Below are positions 10,295 through 23,623 of a DNA stretch of 64,000 bases, piece after piece; the stretch's first letter is position 1; each line of letters begins with the position of its first letter. The notes below the pieces were generated by a model. The model was not told the DNA's origin. It searched no databases and worked only from the letters and a program-made list of their open reading frames with translations. Location: assembly GCA_963796275.1 (NCBI GenBank), contig CAWCKY010000003.1, positions 96,001-160,000 on the forward strand, given 5' to 3'. This stretch comes from an uncultured Acidobacteriota bacterium (lineage in GTDB: Bacteria > Acidobacteriota > Blastocatellia > RBC074). The position numbers and the translations under genes were made by a program.

Positions 10295-11605
10295 ATGGAT
10301 CAGACATATATATCAGATATAGGTAAACATCTCGGTAAAGAAATTACAATCAAAGGATGGCTATACAATAAGCGTTCGAGCGGCAAGCTCGGATTCCTGG
10401 AAATTCGCGACGGGTCAGGGATCATACAAGGCGTCTTATCGAAGAAAGATGTCAGCGAGCAGTGCTGGAATGATTGCGAACGGGTGACGCAGGAATCGTC
10501 GATCACCGTTCTGGGTATACCGCGCGAGCATCCGAAAAAACCCGGAGTGTACGAACTGGACATCAAAGACCTGCAGATCGTGCAACTGGCGCAAGAATAT
10601 CCGATCACACCGAAAGAGCATGGCGTCGAGTTCCTCATGGATCATCGCCATCTCTGGTTGCGCTCGCGCCGGCAACACGCGATCCTGCGCGTGCGGCACG
10701 AGATCATCAGAGCCGTGCGGGATTTCTTCGACGATAACGGTTTCATTTTATGCGATACGCCGATCTTTACTCCCGCCGCTTGCGAGGGAACGACAACTCT
10801 CTTCGAGGCCACCTATTTCGATGAGAAAGCTTATCTCACGCAATCTGGCCAGCTTTATAACGAAGCGACCGCGGCGGCATTTGGGAAGGTCTATTGTTTC
10901 GGGCCGACCTTTCGCGCAGAAAAATCTAAGACGCGGCGGCACCTGACCGAGTTCTGGATGGTCGAACCGGAGGTAGCTTTCGCGGAACTCGACGACGTTA
11001 TGGAACTGGCTGAAAATTTCCTAAGCTATATTGTAGGGCGGGTGCTCGACAAACGAAGGGAAGAATTGAATCAGCTGGAACGGGATACGGCGTTCCTCGA
11101 AAAAATAGCACCCCCCTTTCCTCGTATAGGATATGATGATATCGTTAAGATGCTTCAGCAAGGCCACGCTGAAGGCAAGCTTGAAAGCCGCTTTGAGTGG
11201 GGCGGCGATTTAGGTTCACCGGACGAAACATATATATCAAGTGAATATGACAAGCCCGTGATGGTGCACCGATATCCTGCGGCGGTCAAGGCATTTTATA
11301 TGGAGCCTGACCCGAAGAGGCCGGAACTGGCGTTGTGTGTTGATGTGCTTGCGCCAGAGGGATACGGTGAAATCATCGGCGGCGGGCAACGCGCATCGTC
11401 GCTTGAATTAGTGTTGAATCGAATTAAGGAGCACGGATTACCCGAAGAGGCATTCGACTGGTACCTTGATCTTCGCCGTTACGGGAGCGTACCGCACGCC
11501 GGGTTCGGAATGGGGATAGAGCGCGCAGTCGCCTGGATTTGCGGTCTGGAGCACGTGCGAGAGACGATACCATTTCCGCGTATGTTGTACCGGCTGAAGC
11601 CTTAA
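10295..11605 (+). CDS. asnS: Asparagine--tRNA ligase
   Basis: [50 protein letters not shown]. Confidence 0.96.
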   Translation: MDQTYISDIGKHLGKEITIKGWLYNKRSSGKLGFLEIRDGSGIIQGVLSKKDVSEQCWNDCERVTQESSITVLGIPREHPKKPGVYELDIKDLQIVQLAQEYPITPKEHGVEFLMDHRHLWLRSRRQHAILRVRHEIIRAVRDFFDDNGFILCDTPIFTPAACEGTTTLFEATYFDEKAYLTQSGQLYNEATAAAFGKVYCFGPTFRAEKSKTRRHLTEFWMVEPEVAFAELDDVMELAENFLSYIVGRVLDKRREELNQLERDTAFLEKIAPPFPRIGYDDIVKMLQQGHAEGKLESRFEWGGDLGSPDETYISSEYDKPVMVHRYPAAVKAFYMEPDPKRPELALCVDVLAPEGYGEIIGGGQRASSLELVLNRIKEHGLPEEAFDWYLDLRRYGSVPHAGFGMGIERAVAWICGLEHVRETIPFPRMLYRLKP

Positions 11606-11751
11606 TAATAGAGTTTGAAAATTACGTGTTTAGATGAGTGAGATGAGATTGATTTGATATTTGAGTATTGAGATTTTACGAGAAATTACTATCCGCCCAA
11701 ATCAAATATAAACTCTGAAACCCGCCCCGATATCTCCCAAGAAAGGATGCC

Positions 11752-12483
11752 ATGCTGGAATTAAAACAAACACCCGGCAAGGGATCCCCCAAACCGACGC
11801 TACCGGATAAAAAACAACCTATTATAGCCACTTGGCTTAGCCAATTCGAAGAACGGATATCGCGCGATTTTCATCGCCGTACCGGTTTAGATTTCAAGAA
11901 AACAATTGGAGTCATCATAAGTACGGCAGAACCCTTTCCCGGTATGCAGGTGCTTGATATACCGACCGGCACTGGTGTAATCGCTCGCCAGTTCGTCGGC
12001 AAAGTTGGGGAGAAGGGTAGAATTATCGGCGTCGCCGAGACTCGTGAGAAACTCGAACAGGCGAGACTCACCGCGCAATCCCTGAAACTAACGCTACATA
12101 TCGAATGGCGCGCGATGCCGATGGAGGGGCTCTTTTTCGCCAGCAATACAATGGATCTGGTCACCTGCGTCATGGCCTTCAATTCCCTTAAGCCTGAAAG
12201 ATACCTCGCCGAAGTTTATCGAGTGCTCAAGCCCGGAGGCCGCTTGTTGATCGCGGATGAGTTCAATCCGGATATCTCAGCCAATTCGTTCATCCTGTCA
12301 ATGCGGCGCATTTACCAGCGCTATATAAAACGGCCTAAAAAAAATGCCAAAACCCGGTTCTATACTCACGATGAGATGATGAACCTGCTCACCGACGCAG
12401 GCTTCAATCAATACATGTTCAGAGTACTGAGGCAACGCGACAAAAACGATAGAATATTTTCGCTTATTAAAGCGGTGAAATAA
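11752..12483 (+). CDS. Class I SAM-dependent methyltransferase (UbiE-like fold)
   Basis: VLDIPTGTG motif I; [14 protein letters not shown]. Confidence 0.75.
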   Translation: MLELKQTPGKGSPKPTLPDKKQPIIATWLSQFEERISRDFHRRTGLDFKKTIGVIISTAEPFPGMQVLDIPTGTGVIARQFVGKVGEKGRIIGVAETREKLEQARLTAQSLKLTLHIEWRAMPMEGLFFASNTMDLVTCVMAFNSLKPERYLAEVYRVLKPGGRLLIADEFNPDISANSFILSMRRIYQRYIKRPKKNAKTRFYTHDEMMNLLTDAGFNQYMFRVLRQRDKNDRIFSLIKAVK

Positions 12484-12491
12484 GAATTTCT

Positions 12492-13412
12492 ATGGCGAGG
12501 CCCCCAAAAAAGGTAACAATCATCGGCGTGCTGATGGACCTCGGTGCGGATAGGCGCGGGGTGGATATGGGTCCATCGGCAATCCGAGTGGCCGACCTAA
12601 ACGAGCGGTTGGAGAGGCTGGGCTATGAAGTAATCGACGAGGGTAACATCGGCGTGCGCAACGCTGAGATGATGCAGATCGGCGACAGTAAAGCTAAGTA
12701 CCTGCCTGAGATAACAGTCGCTTGTCAGAGAATCGCCGACCTCGTCGAATCCGCGCTCGGAGCGGAATCTATCCCGATCATTCTCGGCGGAGACCATTCG
12801 GTCGCTATCGGCAGCGTCTCCGGTCTGGCGTCATTCTACCGCAAGCGAGACCAGCGCGTCGGCGTGATCTGGTTTGACGCGCACGGAGACATGAACACAC
12901 CGGAGATATCTCCTTCCGGAAACATCCACGGCATGCCATTCGCCGCCATTCTGGGCCACGGCGCACAAGAATTGACACACATCGGCGGATTCACACCGAA
13001 AGTACATCCCGAAGATTGCGTGTTGATCGGCGCGCGCAGCATCGATCCGAATGAGGCCATCGCTATCAAAGCATCCGGCATCCGAGTCATCACCATGCGC
13101 GATCTCGACGAACGAGGGATGAGCGCAGTGATGGATGAGGCGATGTGGCTGGCATCGCGGCGTACCGCCGGCTTTCACGTGACTATGGACATGGATTTCG
13201 TCGATCCCGATTATGCGCCGGGCGTTGGGACGCCGGTGCCGGGAGGTCCGACATATCGAGAAAGCCATCTGGCGATGGAGAAGATCGCCGATTCGGGCAA
13301 GATGCTTTCATTCGAATTGACCGAAGTCAACCCGGTCCTCGACATCTCGAATCGCACGGCCGAACTCGGCGTTCAATTGATACTGTCGGCTTTTGGAAAG
13401 AAGATCATGTAA
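12492..13412 (+). CDS. rocF: Arginase
   Basis: [42 protein letters not shown]. Confidence 0.93.
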   Translation: MARPPKKVTIIGVLMDLGADRRGVDMGPSAIRVADLNERLERLGYEVIDEGNIGVRNAEMMQIGDSKAKYLPEITVACQRIADLVESALGAESIPIILGGDHSVAIGSVSGLASFYRKRDQRVGVIWFDAHGDMNTPEISPSGNIHGMPFAAILGHGAQELTHIGGFTPKVHPEDCVLIGARSIDPNEAIAIKASGIRVITMRDLDERGMSAVMDEAMWLASRRTAGFHVTMDMDFVDPDYAPGVGTPVPGGPTYRESHLAMEKIADSGKMLSFELTEVNPVLDISNRTAELGVQLILSAFGKKIM

Positions 13413-13571
13413 CTCCGGACGATAAGCAAGAATAGGTGAGGAACAGAGACGCAAAATGATTGGTTCTTCTCGTTCATTATTCCGATATTTATTGCCTGAA
13501 CAAGTTGCTTACTTTTCAAATGGACCCCGGCTCCTTGTATCGAAAAAATCTGGAAAATTCTGTCCGACCTC

Positions 13572-14693
13572 ATGGGAGCAGTTTTGTCAAAGAAAATAAG
13601 AGTCGGTGTAATCTTCGGCGGGCGATCCGGTGAACATGAAGTCTCACTGCGATCCGCCGAATCGGTGATCAACGCCCTTGATCGCAATAAATATGACATA
13701 GTGCCGATCGCGATCACCAAACAAGGCAAATGGTTGACATCGAAAGAGGCGACCAATCTCTTGCCCGCCGCTGTGATCGAATCCGCAGATCTGCACGTCG
13801 CGATCTTCGGAGATCCTACGGAACGAGGCCTCGCTAGATTGAGCGGCGACGGCCGATCCGATGGAACCGACAAATTGGATGTCATTATCCCCATTCTGCA
13901 CGGCACCTTCGGCGAAGACGGAACAATTCAAGGGTTGCTTGAGATGGCTGATCTGCCCTATGTGGGCTGCGGCGTGCTGGCTTCAGCCGCCGGTATGGAC
14001 AAGGTCATAATGAAACGGCTGTTCCGCGAAGCCGGCTTGCCGATCGTCAAGCTCACCCATTTCCTGCGTTCGCAATGGGAAGCCGATGCGCAAAATATCG
14101 AGGCCCGCGTAACCGAGGAGATCGGTTTTCCGTGTTTCGTCAAACCCGCAAACCTGGGTTCTTCGGTGGGCATCTCGAAAGCGATCGATGGAAAAAGCCT
14201 GAAAGCGGCGATCGCACTCGCTGCAAAGTATGACCGCAAAATCGTGGTCGAAGAGGGAATCGATGGACGCGAACTGGAGGTGAGCGTTCTGGGAAATGAT
14301 GAACCGATAGTGAGCCTTCCAGGTGAAATCGTTCCGCAATCGGCTGAATTCTACGACTACCACGCCAAATATTTAGACGATAATGGCGCTCGATTGATCA
14401 TCCCCGCTGAACTGAAGAGAGCGACCGCAGCTGAAATTCAACGACTTGCGATCCGCGCATTTCAGGCTATTGACGGATCAGGTCTGGCGAGGGTCGATTT
14501 CTTTCTGGAACGTAAGACGGAGAAATTGATCGTCAACGAGATTAATACACTTCCGGGTTTCACTTCAATAAGTATGTATCCCAAGCTTTGGGAGGCAAGC
14601 GGCATCAGTTATAAGGAATTGATTGACCGATTAATTGAGCTAGCTTTCGAACGGCATCTGGAAAAATCGAGGAATGTGACGAGCTATGGATAA
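13572..14693 (+). CDS. ddl: D-alanine--D-alanine ligase
   Basis: [46 protein letters not shown]. Confidence 0.96.
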   Translation: MGAVLSKKIRVGVIFGGRSGEHEVSLRSAESVINALDRNKYDIVPIAITKQGKWLTSKEATNLLPAAVIESADLHVAIFGDPTERGLARLSGDGRSDGTDKLDVIIPILHGTFGEDGTIQGLLEMADLPYVGCGVLASAAGMDKVIMKRLFREAGLPIVKLTHFLRSQWEADAQNIEARVTEEIGFPCFVKPANLGSSVGISKAIDGKSLKAAIALAAKYDRKIVVEEGIDGRELEVSVLGNDEPIVSLPGEIVPQSAEFYDYHAKYLDDNGARLIIPAELKRATAAEIQRLAIRAFQAIDGSGLARVDFFLERKTEKLIVNEINTLPGFTSISMYPKLWEASGISYKELIDRLIELAFERHLEKSRNVTSYG

Positions 14694-14767
14694 TTACAGT
14701 TTTCAGTTTTCAATAATCAGTTGCCGGCAAAATGCTGTCACCTGAAACTGTAAACTGAAAACTGTAA
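14694..14767. terminator. 16-bp perfect inverted repeat between convergent ddl and atpE (bidirectional terminator/REP-like)
   Basis: TTACAGTTTTCAGTTT (14694-14709) / AAACTGAAAACTGTAA (14752-14767). Confidence 0.6.
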
Positions 14768-14778
14768 CTCCCTCTCAA

Positions 14779-15108
14779 TCAGATATTGGGATAGACTACC
14801 AGCAGAACAACCACCAACGTAAAGATCACCAGGGATTCAATCAGGGCCAGCCCCAAAATCAAGGCTAACTGCACGCGGTTATAGGCTCCCGGGTTGCGGG
14901 CCATACCTTCGCACGCTGCGGCGGCAACCCGCCCCTGGCCGAGTCCGCACAGACCCGCAGCTATACCGAAGCCGATAACCGCCGCGAGAAAGCCAAGACC
15001 TCGGGTCAGGGGACTATGCGATGTCTCAGGTGCCTGAGCAAAAGCCGGAATCGTTGTGAAGAGGGCCATCAATACGAATACGCCCAAACGAACCAGATTA
15101 CGTTTCAT
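14779..15108 (-). CDS. atpE: F0F1 ATP synthase subunit c with N-terminal extension
   Basis: GLGQG, ARNP loop, LALIESL with the ion-binding Glu. Confidence 0.95.
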   Translation of the reverse strand: MKRNLVRLGVFVLMALFTTIPAFAQAPETSHSPLTRGLGFLAAVIGFGIAAGLCGLGQGRVAAAACEGMARNPGAYNRVQLALILGLALIESLVIFTLVVVLLVVYPNI

Positions 15109-15114
15109 ACTTAC

Positions 15115-15214
15115 TCCTTTGATGTTTGTTATTAAAGTGCAACATAAAAGCGGCTGGGTAAATAAATCCAGAATAAACCCCGGACGCTAGTTATTGTTGC
15201 GCTTGATCAAAGGA
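15115..15214 (-). promoter_or_regulatory. Putative structured RNA leader sequestering the atpE Shine-Dalgarno
   Basis: 9-bp outer stem (15115-15123 with 15206-15214) includes AAAGGA of the RBS; inner stem pairs 15135-15147 with 15191-15204. Confidence 0.45.
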
Positions 15215-15394
15215 TGTAATCAGTCAACTCGTCTGTTTTCGGCATCCAGATGAATGCGACGCCAGGTATTCATTACATATCCTGGGGGATTGTAAGCTCC
15301 ATACTGCGTTATACGCGCTTGGTGTGAATAATCCGAACTCAGCTATCGCCGACTGCTACATCCAACCGATAGCGTCCAAAACGACGCTAAACTC

Positions 15395-16339
15395 TTAATG
15401 AGCCGTCGCTTCCGCTTGCCCGTGCTCGACGTGGTTATCGTGAGAGCCGTGTGATACCTCACCCAGATAGACCATAGAGAGCAGCATAAAAATATAAGTT
15501 TGAAGGACAGCGGTCAGCAGTCCGAGCGGCATAAGTAATATCGGAATGAGCCATTGAACCATCGCCGATATCGCGCCGCTCACCTGTTCTTCGCCGTAGA
15601 TGTTTCCGAACAGCCGCATGCTCAAGCTTAGAACACGGGCCAGATTGCTGATCACTTCGATCGGGAAGACCAGGAAGATAATGAATATGTTGGATACAGG
15701 TCCGCCGAAATGTTTGATGTGGCCCCAAAGGCCGTTTTCACGGATACCAACAAAGTTGTAATAAAGAAACGATGTGAGGGCGAGCGCCAGCGTCATGTTG
15801 TAGTTCGCCGTTGGAGCAACCATATCAGGCAAAAACCCAGTCAGGTTCGACAGAAGGATCAAGATTCCGAATGTCGCAACGATCGGGAAATGCTTTAGCC
15901 CGTTGGGCCCCACCAAATCGAGAAGAAAGCCTCGAACCGTTTCGACCCCCACTTCAAAAGTCTGCTGCCTGGTGGTGGGAGATTCGGCAGACAACTTGCC
16001 ACGCAAAAACGTCAGAATTACGACGGCGATAAATACGACAAAGAGAAACATCACAACCTGTGTCGGAATCGGAAGATTGTGGTCGATTTTATAATATTCC
16101 TCAAAAGTCTTTCCCTCGCCCGGCCATTGATTCCCGAACATGAAACTAAATACCCGGTAGATACTCGGCATGATCATCGACTGCAGCTCGAAGATTGCAG
16201 GCCCCAACAAGTCATTAACCTTCACAACCAGCCAGGGTATATGTTCACCGTGCCCCGCTTCCTGTGCGCTATGCTGAGCAGCCTCCGAAGCTTTAGTCGC
16301 CTGCTGTCCGTGTTCTTGTAAAATATGCGTTAAAAACAT
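15395..16339 (-). CDS. atpB: F0F1 ATP synthase subunit a
   Basis: [40 protein letters not shown]. Confidence 0.95.
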   Translation of the reverse strand: MFLTHILQEHGQQATKASEAAQHSAQEAGHGEHIPWLVVKVNDLLGPAIFELQSMIMPSIYRVFSFMFGNQWPGEGKTFEEYYKIDHNLPIPTQVVMFLFVVFIAVVILTFLRGKLSAESPTTRQQTFEVGVETVRGFLLDLVGPNGLKHFPIVATFGILILLSNLTGFLPDMVAPTANYNMTLALALTSFLYYNFVGIRENGLWGHIKHFGGPVSNIFIIFLVFPIEVISNLARVLSLSMRLFGNIYGEEQVSGAISAMVQWLIPILLMPLGLLTAVLQTYIFMLLSMVYLGEVSHGSHDNHVEHGQAEATAH

Positions 16340-16348
16340 AAACCTTCT

Positions 16349-16774
16349 CTACTCTTCTGAAGAATTTTCCGTTCGGCCGTTCGTTTTGAAGAACAGGTAA
16401 ATTTGATAGGCCGCTTCCATCATCACTCCTGCAACAAAAGCGGCAAACCCTATCCCGATTCCGAGCGGGTGAAAACTACCGGTCCAAACCGCCGCGATGA
16501 TAACTACTGCGATGACAAAGTAACGCAAGACGAATTTTGAGGCTGTCAACGGCGGAACACGGCCGCTTTGCGCTACAACAGCCCTGTTCAAGATCGCTCC
16601 CACGCTCCCCTCCAGCCATCTCTTGTTGAATATGCTCAACAAACTACCGAGCAAGACCCCCATCACCATACGCCATCCCATCCAGATCAAACTGACGATC
16701 AGCGCCCCGATCATATATACATACATGTTCAGCTGAAATCGACGTTCGATCCTGTTGCCATCTTCCGACCTCAT
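16349..16774 (-). CDS. atpI: ATP synthase protein I-like membrane protein
   Basis: Four hydrophobic helices, [18 protein letters not shown]; directly upstream of atpB. Confidence 0.75.
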   Translation of the reverse strand: MRSEDGNRIERRFQLNMYVYMIGALIVSLIWMGWRMVMGVLLGSLLSIFNKRWLEGSVGAILNRAVVAQSGRVPPLTASKFVLRYFVIAVVIIAAVWTGSFHPLGIGIGFAAFVAGVMMEAAYQIYLFFKTNGRTENSSEE

Positions 16775-16975
16775 CTCTTCAACCTCGAATCTTATCTTCT
16801 ATCCTCCTCTTCTGTCCAGAAAGATTGTGAAGAGTTGAACGCGTAAATTAATATGCGTTTAATCAAATTGCAAAACCGACGATAACAAAAAATGAAAAGG
16901 CAAAATTTCACAAGGTAGAAATATACGTCTATATTGTTGAGTTGATTACCATTTGTGATTTCAGCGATAGATTTT

Positions 16976-17653
16976 TCAATTACGCGATATATGAACAAGA
17001 GAAGAAGCGGGAACCGAGGGATCAGGGTGAAGCTGATCGGGAGTTAGCATCTCGCCGAACTTACTGAAGTAGCCAAGATCGCGCCGATAACAATGATTTC
17101 TCTCCATATCGAAAGCGACACAGGAATCGATGGGGCGCGAGTATATATGGATGCTGACAGCTCTTTCACTGGTTTCGCTCAGGTTATAGAGGCGATGTAT
17201 CGTTTGAAGCTTGTCTGCGGTGATCACGAGGCCGCCGGCGCATGCTTCGGTTTCACGCACGATCTCTAGCATAGTGTGATCGGAACCAGCGAGACAGTCG
17301 AGCCCGACGACGTTTTGGTTTTCGGGATGATCACAGCCTAGCCATCTGTAATCGACCACACCGAGGTCTCCCCACTGCGGGATCATCCAACATATCTGTC
17401 CATTATGTGTATGAACCGCGGTCTTCTGCCCCGGCTCCCAACAGATCGCCATGATCTCAAAAAGATCATCACGATAGATCAAATTACGCGTATATATTCT
17501 GTCATCGAAGTAGATATATGGAGCTAGCGAAGCATCGCTGATCCGCACGCTGGCGCAAAAATCGAGCACATTATCACGCGTGATAATACCTCGCTCGAAT
17601 GACTGCAACCTCGCTTTAAAATCATCGATACTTATCAATTGCCTGGTTTTCAT
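16976..17653 (-). CDS. Cysteine dioxygenase family (cupin) protein
   Basis: YTRNLI, CWEPGQKTAVHTH, IHRLYN, AVSIHIYS. Confidence 0.85.
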   Translation of the reverse strand: MKTRQLISIDDFKARLQSFERGIITRDNVLDFCASVRISDASLAPYIYFDDRIYTRNLIYRDDLFEIMAICWEPGQKTAVHTHNGQICWMIPQWGDLGVVDYRWLGCDHPENQNVVGLDCLAGSDHTMLEIVRETEACAGGLVITADKLQTIHRLYNLSETSERAVSIHIYSRPIDSCVAFDMERNHCYRRDLGYFSKFGEMLTPDQLHPDPSVPASSLVHISRN

Positions 17654-17851
17654 ATCTCACTCCGATCGTCTCGATTCGCCCCGTTTTGTCCCGGTTCTCA
17701 CGGTTGCCCTGGTTACCCTGGTTGCCATCTACCAGTTATCTTTTTTCTTCTCCAAAGTGATTTTAGGGCTGGCACCCACCGTCGTCAATCTTCATAAATG
17801 GTTATCGTGCTTCTTTTCCGCATCAGGCTCAGCTAACATAGGCATTCACCT

Positions 17852-19603
17852 ATGGAACACAATCTCGACCTGATTATGACGCTGGTGGGCGGTTTCACGG
17901 CAGCGCTCATTTGTGGATATATCTCCAACAGGTTTGGCCTTTCGCCGATAGTAGGTTACCTCGTTGCGGGTATTCTGATTGGGCCACACACGCCGGGCTT
18001 TGTGGCCGATGAGAACCTCGCGTCTCAGATGTCGGAGATCGGCGTTATTCTGCTGATGTTCGGCGTCGGACTTCAATTCCATATCAAGGAACTCCTGGCA
18101 GTCAAGCGAGTAGCCATTCCAGGAGCGATCGCACAGATCACCGCAGCAACCGCGCTCGGAGCCTTAACGATGCATCTGTTCGGATGGAACTGGAAGGGAG
18201 GGCTCGTTTTCGGGCTCGCGATCTCCGTAGCGAGCACTGTCGTTCTCATACGCGTGCTTTCCGACAATAATGCGTTGCATTCGCGCGCGGGCCACATCGC
18301 GGTAGGGTGGCTGGTGGTTGAAGATATATTCACCGTGGTTGCGCTCGTTCTTATACCCTCCATTTTCGCATCGAATGAGAACTCGAATCTTTCGTCCATC
18401 GCTCTTGCTATTGGGATCGCCCTGTTGAAACTGATATTCCTGACGGCGCTGACATTTCTGCTCGGTCAAAAGGTGATTCCGAAGCTTCTCGGCTATGTCG
18501 CTCGCACCAGCTCGCGGGAGCTTTTCACGCTCACAGTACTGGTTCTCGCTCTCGGCATCGCTGTAGGGTCGGCCAAGCTTTTCGGCGCATCTATGGCGCT
18601 CGGCGCGTTCCTGGCAGGGATGGTCGTCGGTCAGTCGGAATTCAGCAACCGTGCCGCTACCGAGGCGCTGCCGTTTCGCGATGCATTCGCCGTGATCTTT
18701 TTCGTTGCGGTTGGAATGTTATTCAACCCGAGCAGTCTGGCCGTCGAGTGGCCGATGGTGCTCGCCGCAATATTCGTGATTATGGTTGGTAAACCGCTCG
18801 CCGCCGCGCTGGTCGTCCGGCTGCTCAATTACCCGTTCGTAATTGCGTCGGCGGTCGCCATCGCGCTCGCTCAGATCGGCGAGTTCTCCTTCATACTGGC
18901 TTCGGTCGGCAGCGAGTACGGCGTACTTCCCAAAAGCGGGCTAAATATCCTCGTCGCCGCCGCGATCATATCGATCACTCTCAACCCGGTCCTCTACCGG
19001 CTCAACGCCCCCTTTGTCGGCTGGGTCATCCGCCATCCGAAACTCGGCTGGTGGCTGAACCCGACATCGGTTGGAGAGATGGATGAATCAGATGGCCTGG
19101 ATGATGCGGCATCGGCTGTAGTAGTCGGCTTCGGACCTGTCGGTCGCACCTTGTCGCACCTGCTCGAGAAGAACGGAATCCGGCCCGTGATCGTTGAGAT
19201 GAATCTGGATACCGTGCGCGAGCTGCGGCAGAGAGGATTCAACGTCGTCTATGGTGATGCCGCCGCTCGCGAAACTCTTGAGGCCGCCAAAATAGGGCAG
19301 GCCGATGCGTTGATCCTCACTTCATCCTCGCTCGCTAACAGCAATGAAGTGATCCGAATCGCACGTGAATTGAATCCTGATATCCGGGTCATCGCCCGGG
19401 CGAATTACATTCGCGAGCTGAAACCCCTTGTCGATGCCGGCGCAGAGCGAGTTGTTACAGCTGAGAGCGAGGTCGCTCTCGCAATGACTGAATATATGCT
19501 GCGTGAACTCGGCGCCACCGTCGAGCAGGTCGATCGTGAACGCGACCGCGTCCGTGAAGAGCTCTACGATGTGATCCCGGCGGCTTACAGCAAACAGGCT
19601 TGA
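17852..19603 (+). CDS. CPA2 family cation:proton antiporter with C-terminal TrkA-N (RCK) domain (YbaL/RosB-like)
   Basis: EIGVILLMFGVGL, VASTVV, LVVEDI, LAQIGEFSFILA, VVGFGPVG. Confidence 0.9.
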   Translation: MEHNLDLIMTLVGGFTAALICGYISNRFGLSPIVGYLVAGILIGPHTPGFVADENLASQMSEIGVILLMFGVGLQFHIKELLAVKRVAIPGAIAQITAATALGALTMHLFGWNWKGGLVFGLAISVASTVVLIRVLSDNNALHSRAGHIAVGWLVVEDIFTVVALVLIPSIFASNENSNLSSIALAIGIALLKLIFLTALTFLLGQKVIPKLLGYVARTSSRELFTLTVLVLALGIAVGSAKLFGASMALGAFLAGMVVGQSEFSNRAATEALPFRDAFAVIFFVAVGMLFNPSSLAVEWPMVLAAIFVIMVGKPLAAALVVRLLNYPFVIASAVAIALAQIGEFSFILASVGSEYGVLPKSGLNILVAAAIISITLNPVLYRLNAPFVGWVIRHPKLGWWLNPTSVGEMDESDGLDDAASAVVVGFGPVGRTLSHLLEKNGIRPVIVEMNLDTVRELRQRGFNVVYGDAAARETLEAAKIGQADALILTSSSLANSNEVIRIARELNPDIRVIARANYIRELKPLVDAGAERVVTAESEVALAMTEYMLRELGATVEQVDRERDRVREELYDVIPAAYSKQA

Positions 19604-19676
19604 GCGGACGAAGAAAAGATCGGCAGGACAACCTCTTAAATTTGTCGCCGCCCCCTCCTTTTTGTTTTTTCAATTT

Positions 19677-21626
<1,950 letters not shown>

Positions 21627-21892
21627 GTGACATTAATACTCCATGTCTATTATCAGAATGTATCCTAACACCAAAGGCATAGGGGCTGAAGTGTAGTTTT
21701 TACTTGATCGATTCGAATTCTGGAGGCCGAAGTAATTTAATTGTCACACACTTAACACAATTTTTAAATCTAACCATTGAACCGAGCAGGAGATTCCGGA
21801 TTTCTTCCGATTTCCACTCTTATCGGTACATCTTGAGATCCTATCGATGGAATAATATTCTCTCTTTGTACAAATTCACCGCACGATTCCAT

Positions 21893-22870
21893 ATGAAGTT
21901 ATCGCGATTTGCAAAGTACGCATGGTTCGTTCTGGCCTATAACATGGCCGTGATCTTACTGGGCGCCTATGTGCGCGCAAGCAGTTCGGGGGCGGGTTGC
22001 GGCAGCAATTGGCCGCTGTGCAATGGCGAAGTGATACCGCGTTCAGCCGCGATAAAAACCCTTATTGAGTTCTCTCATCGTCTGACGAGCGGGCTCGCTC
22101 TGATTCTCGTCGTTATAATGCTCATCTGGGCATTCCGCGCTTTTACACGTCACCATCAGGCGAGGATAGGCGCCGCTTTATCGATGATCTTTATACTTAC
22201 CGAGGCCTTGATCGGCGCGGGTCTGGTTTTGTTGGATTATGTTGCGGAAAACAAATCGATGTGGCGGGCAGTGTGGATGTCGGGGCATCTGGTAAACACA
22301 TTTCTTCTTGTAGCCACGCTTGCCTTCACTGCGTGGGTTGCGACAACCGGCCGGCGGGTCCACATCCGCGGGCAGGGAAGCGTCATCTTCGCTCTTGCCC
22401 TCGTCTCTACTCTAATCCTCGGCATCAGCGGAGCCATCTCCGCTCTCGGCGCAACACTTTTTCCCGTCCAATCGCTCGCGGAAGGCCTGCAGCAGGATTT
22501 CTCGCCGCTGGCGCATCAATTGACTCGCCTGCGCGTGATTCATCCGGTCATCTCTATCATCGTCAGCGGTCTTTTGATTTATACCGCGCTATCGGTGCGC
22601 ACGTGGCGACCTTCCGGAGGAGTGAGAAGACTTGTCCAGGGGCTCGTCTCCCTCATCTTAATCCAATTGGCAGCCGGTGCGCTCAATCTGCTACTGCATG
22701 CCCCGATCTGGCTGCAGATTATTCATCTTCTCCTGGCCGATTTTATTTGGATCGCGCTCGCTCTTTTGGCTTTTGCCGTTATGGCGGAACCGGTGCGCGC
22801 GGGTTCTTTAACGGAGAAAGTCAGATTTGAGTTCGACCATTCAATTAAGCCCGATACTCGGCATACCTGA
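21893..22870 (+). CDS. ctaA: Heme A synthase (COX15/CtaA family)
   Basis: [23 protein letters not shown], conserved His in TM helices; start moved to ATG 21893. Confidence 0.85.
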   Translation: MKLSRFAKYAWFVLAYNMAVILLGAYVRASSSGAGCGSNWPLCNGEVIPRSAAIKTLIEFSHRLTSGLALILVVIMLIWAFRAFTRHHQARIGAALSMIFILTEALIGAGLVLLDYVAENKSMWRAVWMSGHLVNTFLLVATLAFTAWVATTGRRVHIRGQGSVIFALALVSTLILGISGAISALGATLFPVQSLAEGLQQDFSPLAHQLTRLRVIHPVISIIVSGLLIYTALSVRTWRPSGGVRRLVQGLVSLILIQLAAGALNLLLHAPIWLQIIHLLLADFIWIALALLAFAVMAEPVRAGSLTEKVRFEFDHSIKPDTRHT

Positions 22871-23582
22871 GGTCGGACCCGGTGACGACATCGGAGCATT
22901 GATCGCCCAGTCGTCTAATGAAATGAAATTCAACTTGTCTGACGGCGATATAGTCGTCGTCGCACAGAAAGTAATTTCAAAATCAGAAGACAGATTGGTC
23001 AATCTCGAATCGATCACCCCATCGGAACTCGCCCTTGAGATAGCCAGACGACAAAACAGAGATCCGCATTTGATCGAAGTGATCCTCTGCGAATCATCCA
23101 GGATCGTCAGGATGGAGGGTCACATCCTCATCACCGAAACCAGGCACGGATTCGTATGCGCCAATGCCGGGGTAGATCAGTCCAATGTCCGGGGCGAGCA
23201 ATGGGTCTCGCTTTTACCAATAGCTCCGGATGAGTCGGCGCTATTATTAAAGAGGAGATTGGCGGAACTGCTCAATGTCGATGTCGCCGTGATCATCACG
23301 GATACTTTCGGACGACCGTGGCGTGAAGGCCTGACGAACGTGGCCATCGGAGTCGCCGGAATGAACCCGATCGATGATTTTCGCGGCAAAACCGATGATT
23401 ACGGTAGACAGCTATCAGCAACCGTTCTGGCGGTGGCCGATGAGCTCGCCGCAGCGGCGGGATTGCTCATGAAGAAGACTTCGCGCATACCCGTCATTGT
23501 AATTCATGGCTACGCCTATGATCGCGCAGAAGGGAGCGCGCGGGCATTGTTGAGAGCTAAAGAAAAAGATTTATTCAGATAG
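22827..23582 (+). CDS. cofE: Coenzyme F420-0:L-glutamate ligase
   Basis: [47 protein letters not shown]. Confidence 0.9.
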   Translation: MSSTIQLSPILGIPEVGPGDDIGALIAQSSNEMKFNLSDGDIVVVAQKVISKSEDRLVNLESITPSELALEIARRQNRDPHLIEVILCESSRIVRMEGHILITETRHGFVCANAGVDQSNVRGEQWVSLLPIAPDESALLLKRRLAELLNVDVAVIITDTFGRPWREGLTNVAIGVAGMNPIDDFRGKTDDYGRQLSATVLAVADELAAAAGLLMKKTSRIPVIVIHGYAYDRAEGSARALLRAKEKDLFR

Positions 23583-23623
23583 TCGTCTATATCCGCTTGA
23601 GGTAGCGCTTTTTATAATCCGGC

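Noticed and set aside
13172-13186. parS-like TTTCACGTGA in arginase
   Set aside because: Flanks do not fit the 16-bp palindrome; explained by coding sequence
16792-16998. Possible atpZ-like small ORF upstream of atpI
   Set aside because: No AtpZ-like Gly pattern; lies in an AT-rich promoter-like region
17691-17726. Four imperfect 9-bp tandem units (cnGGTTnnc)
   Set aside because: Too short and degenerate, no spacers, so not CRISPR; a 23 aa uORF is possible but unsupported
21704-21892. N-terminal extension of the CtaA ORF
   Set aside because: AT-rich divergent promoter region; family similarity starts at ATG 21893
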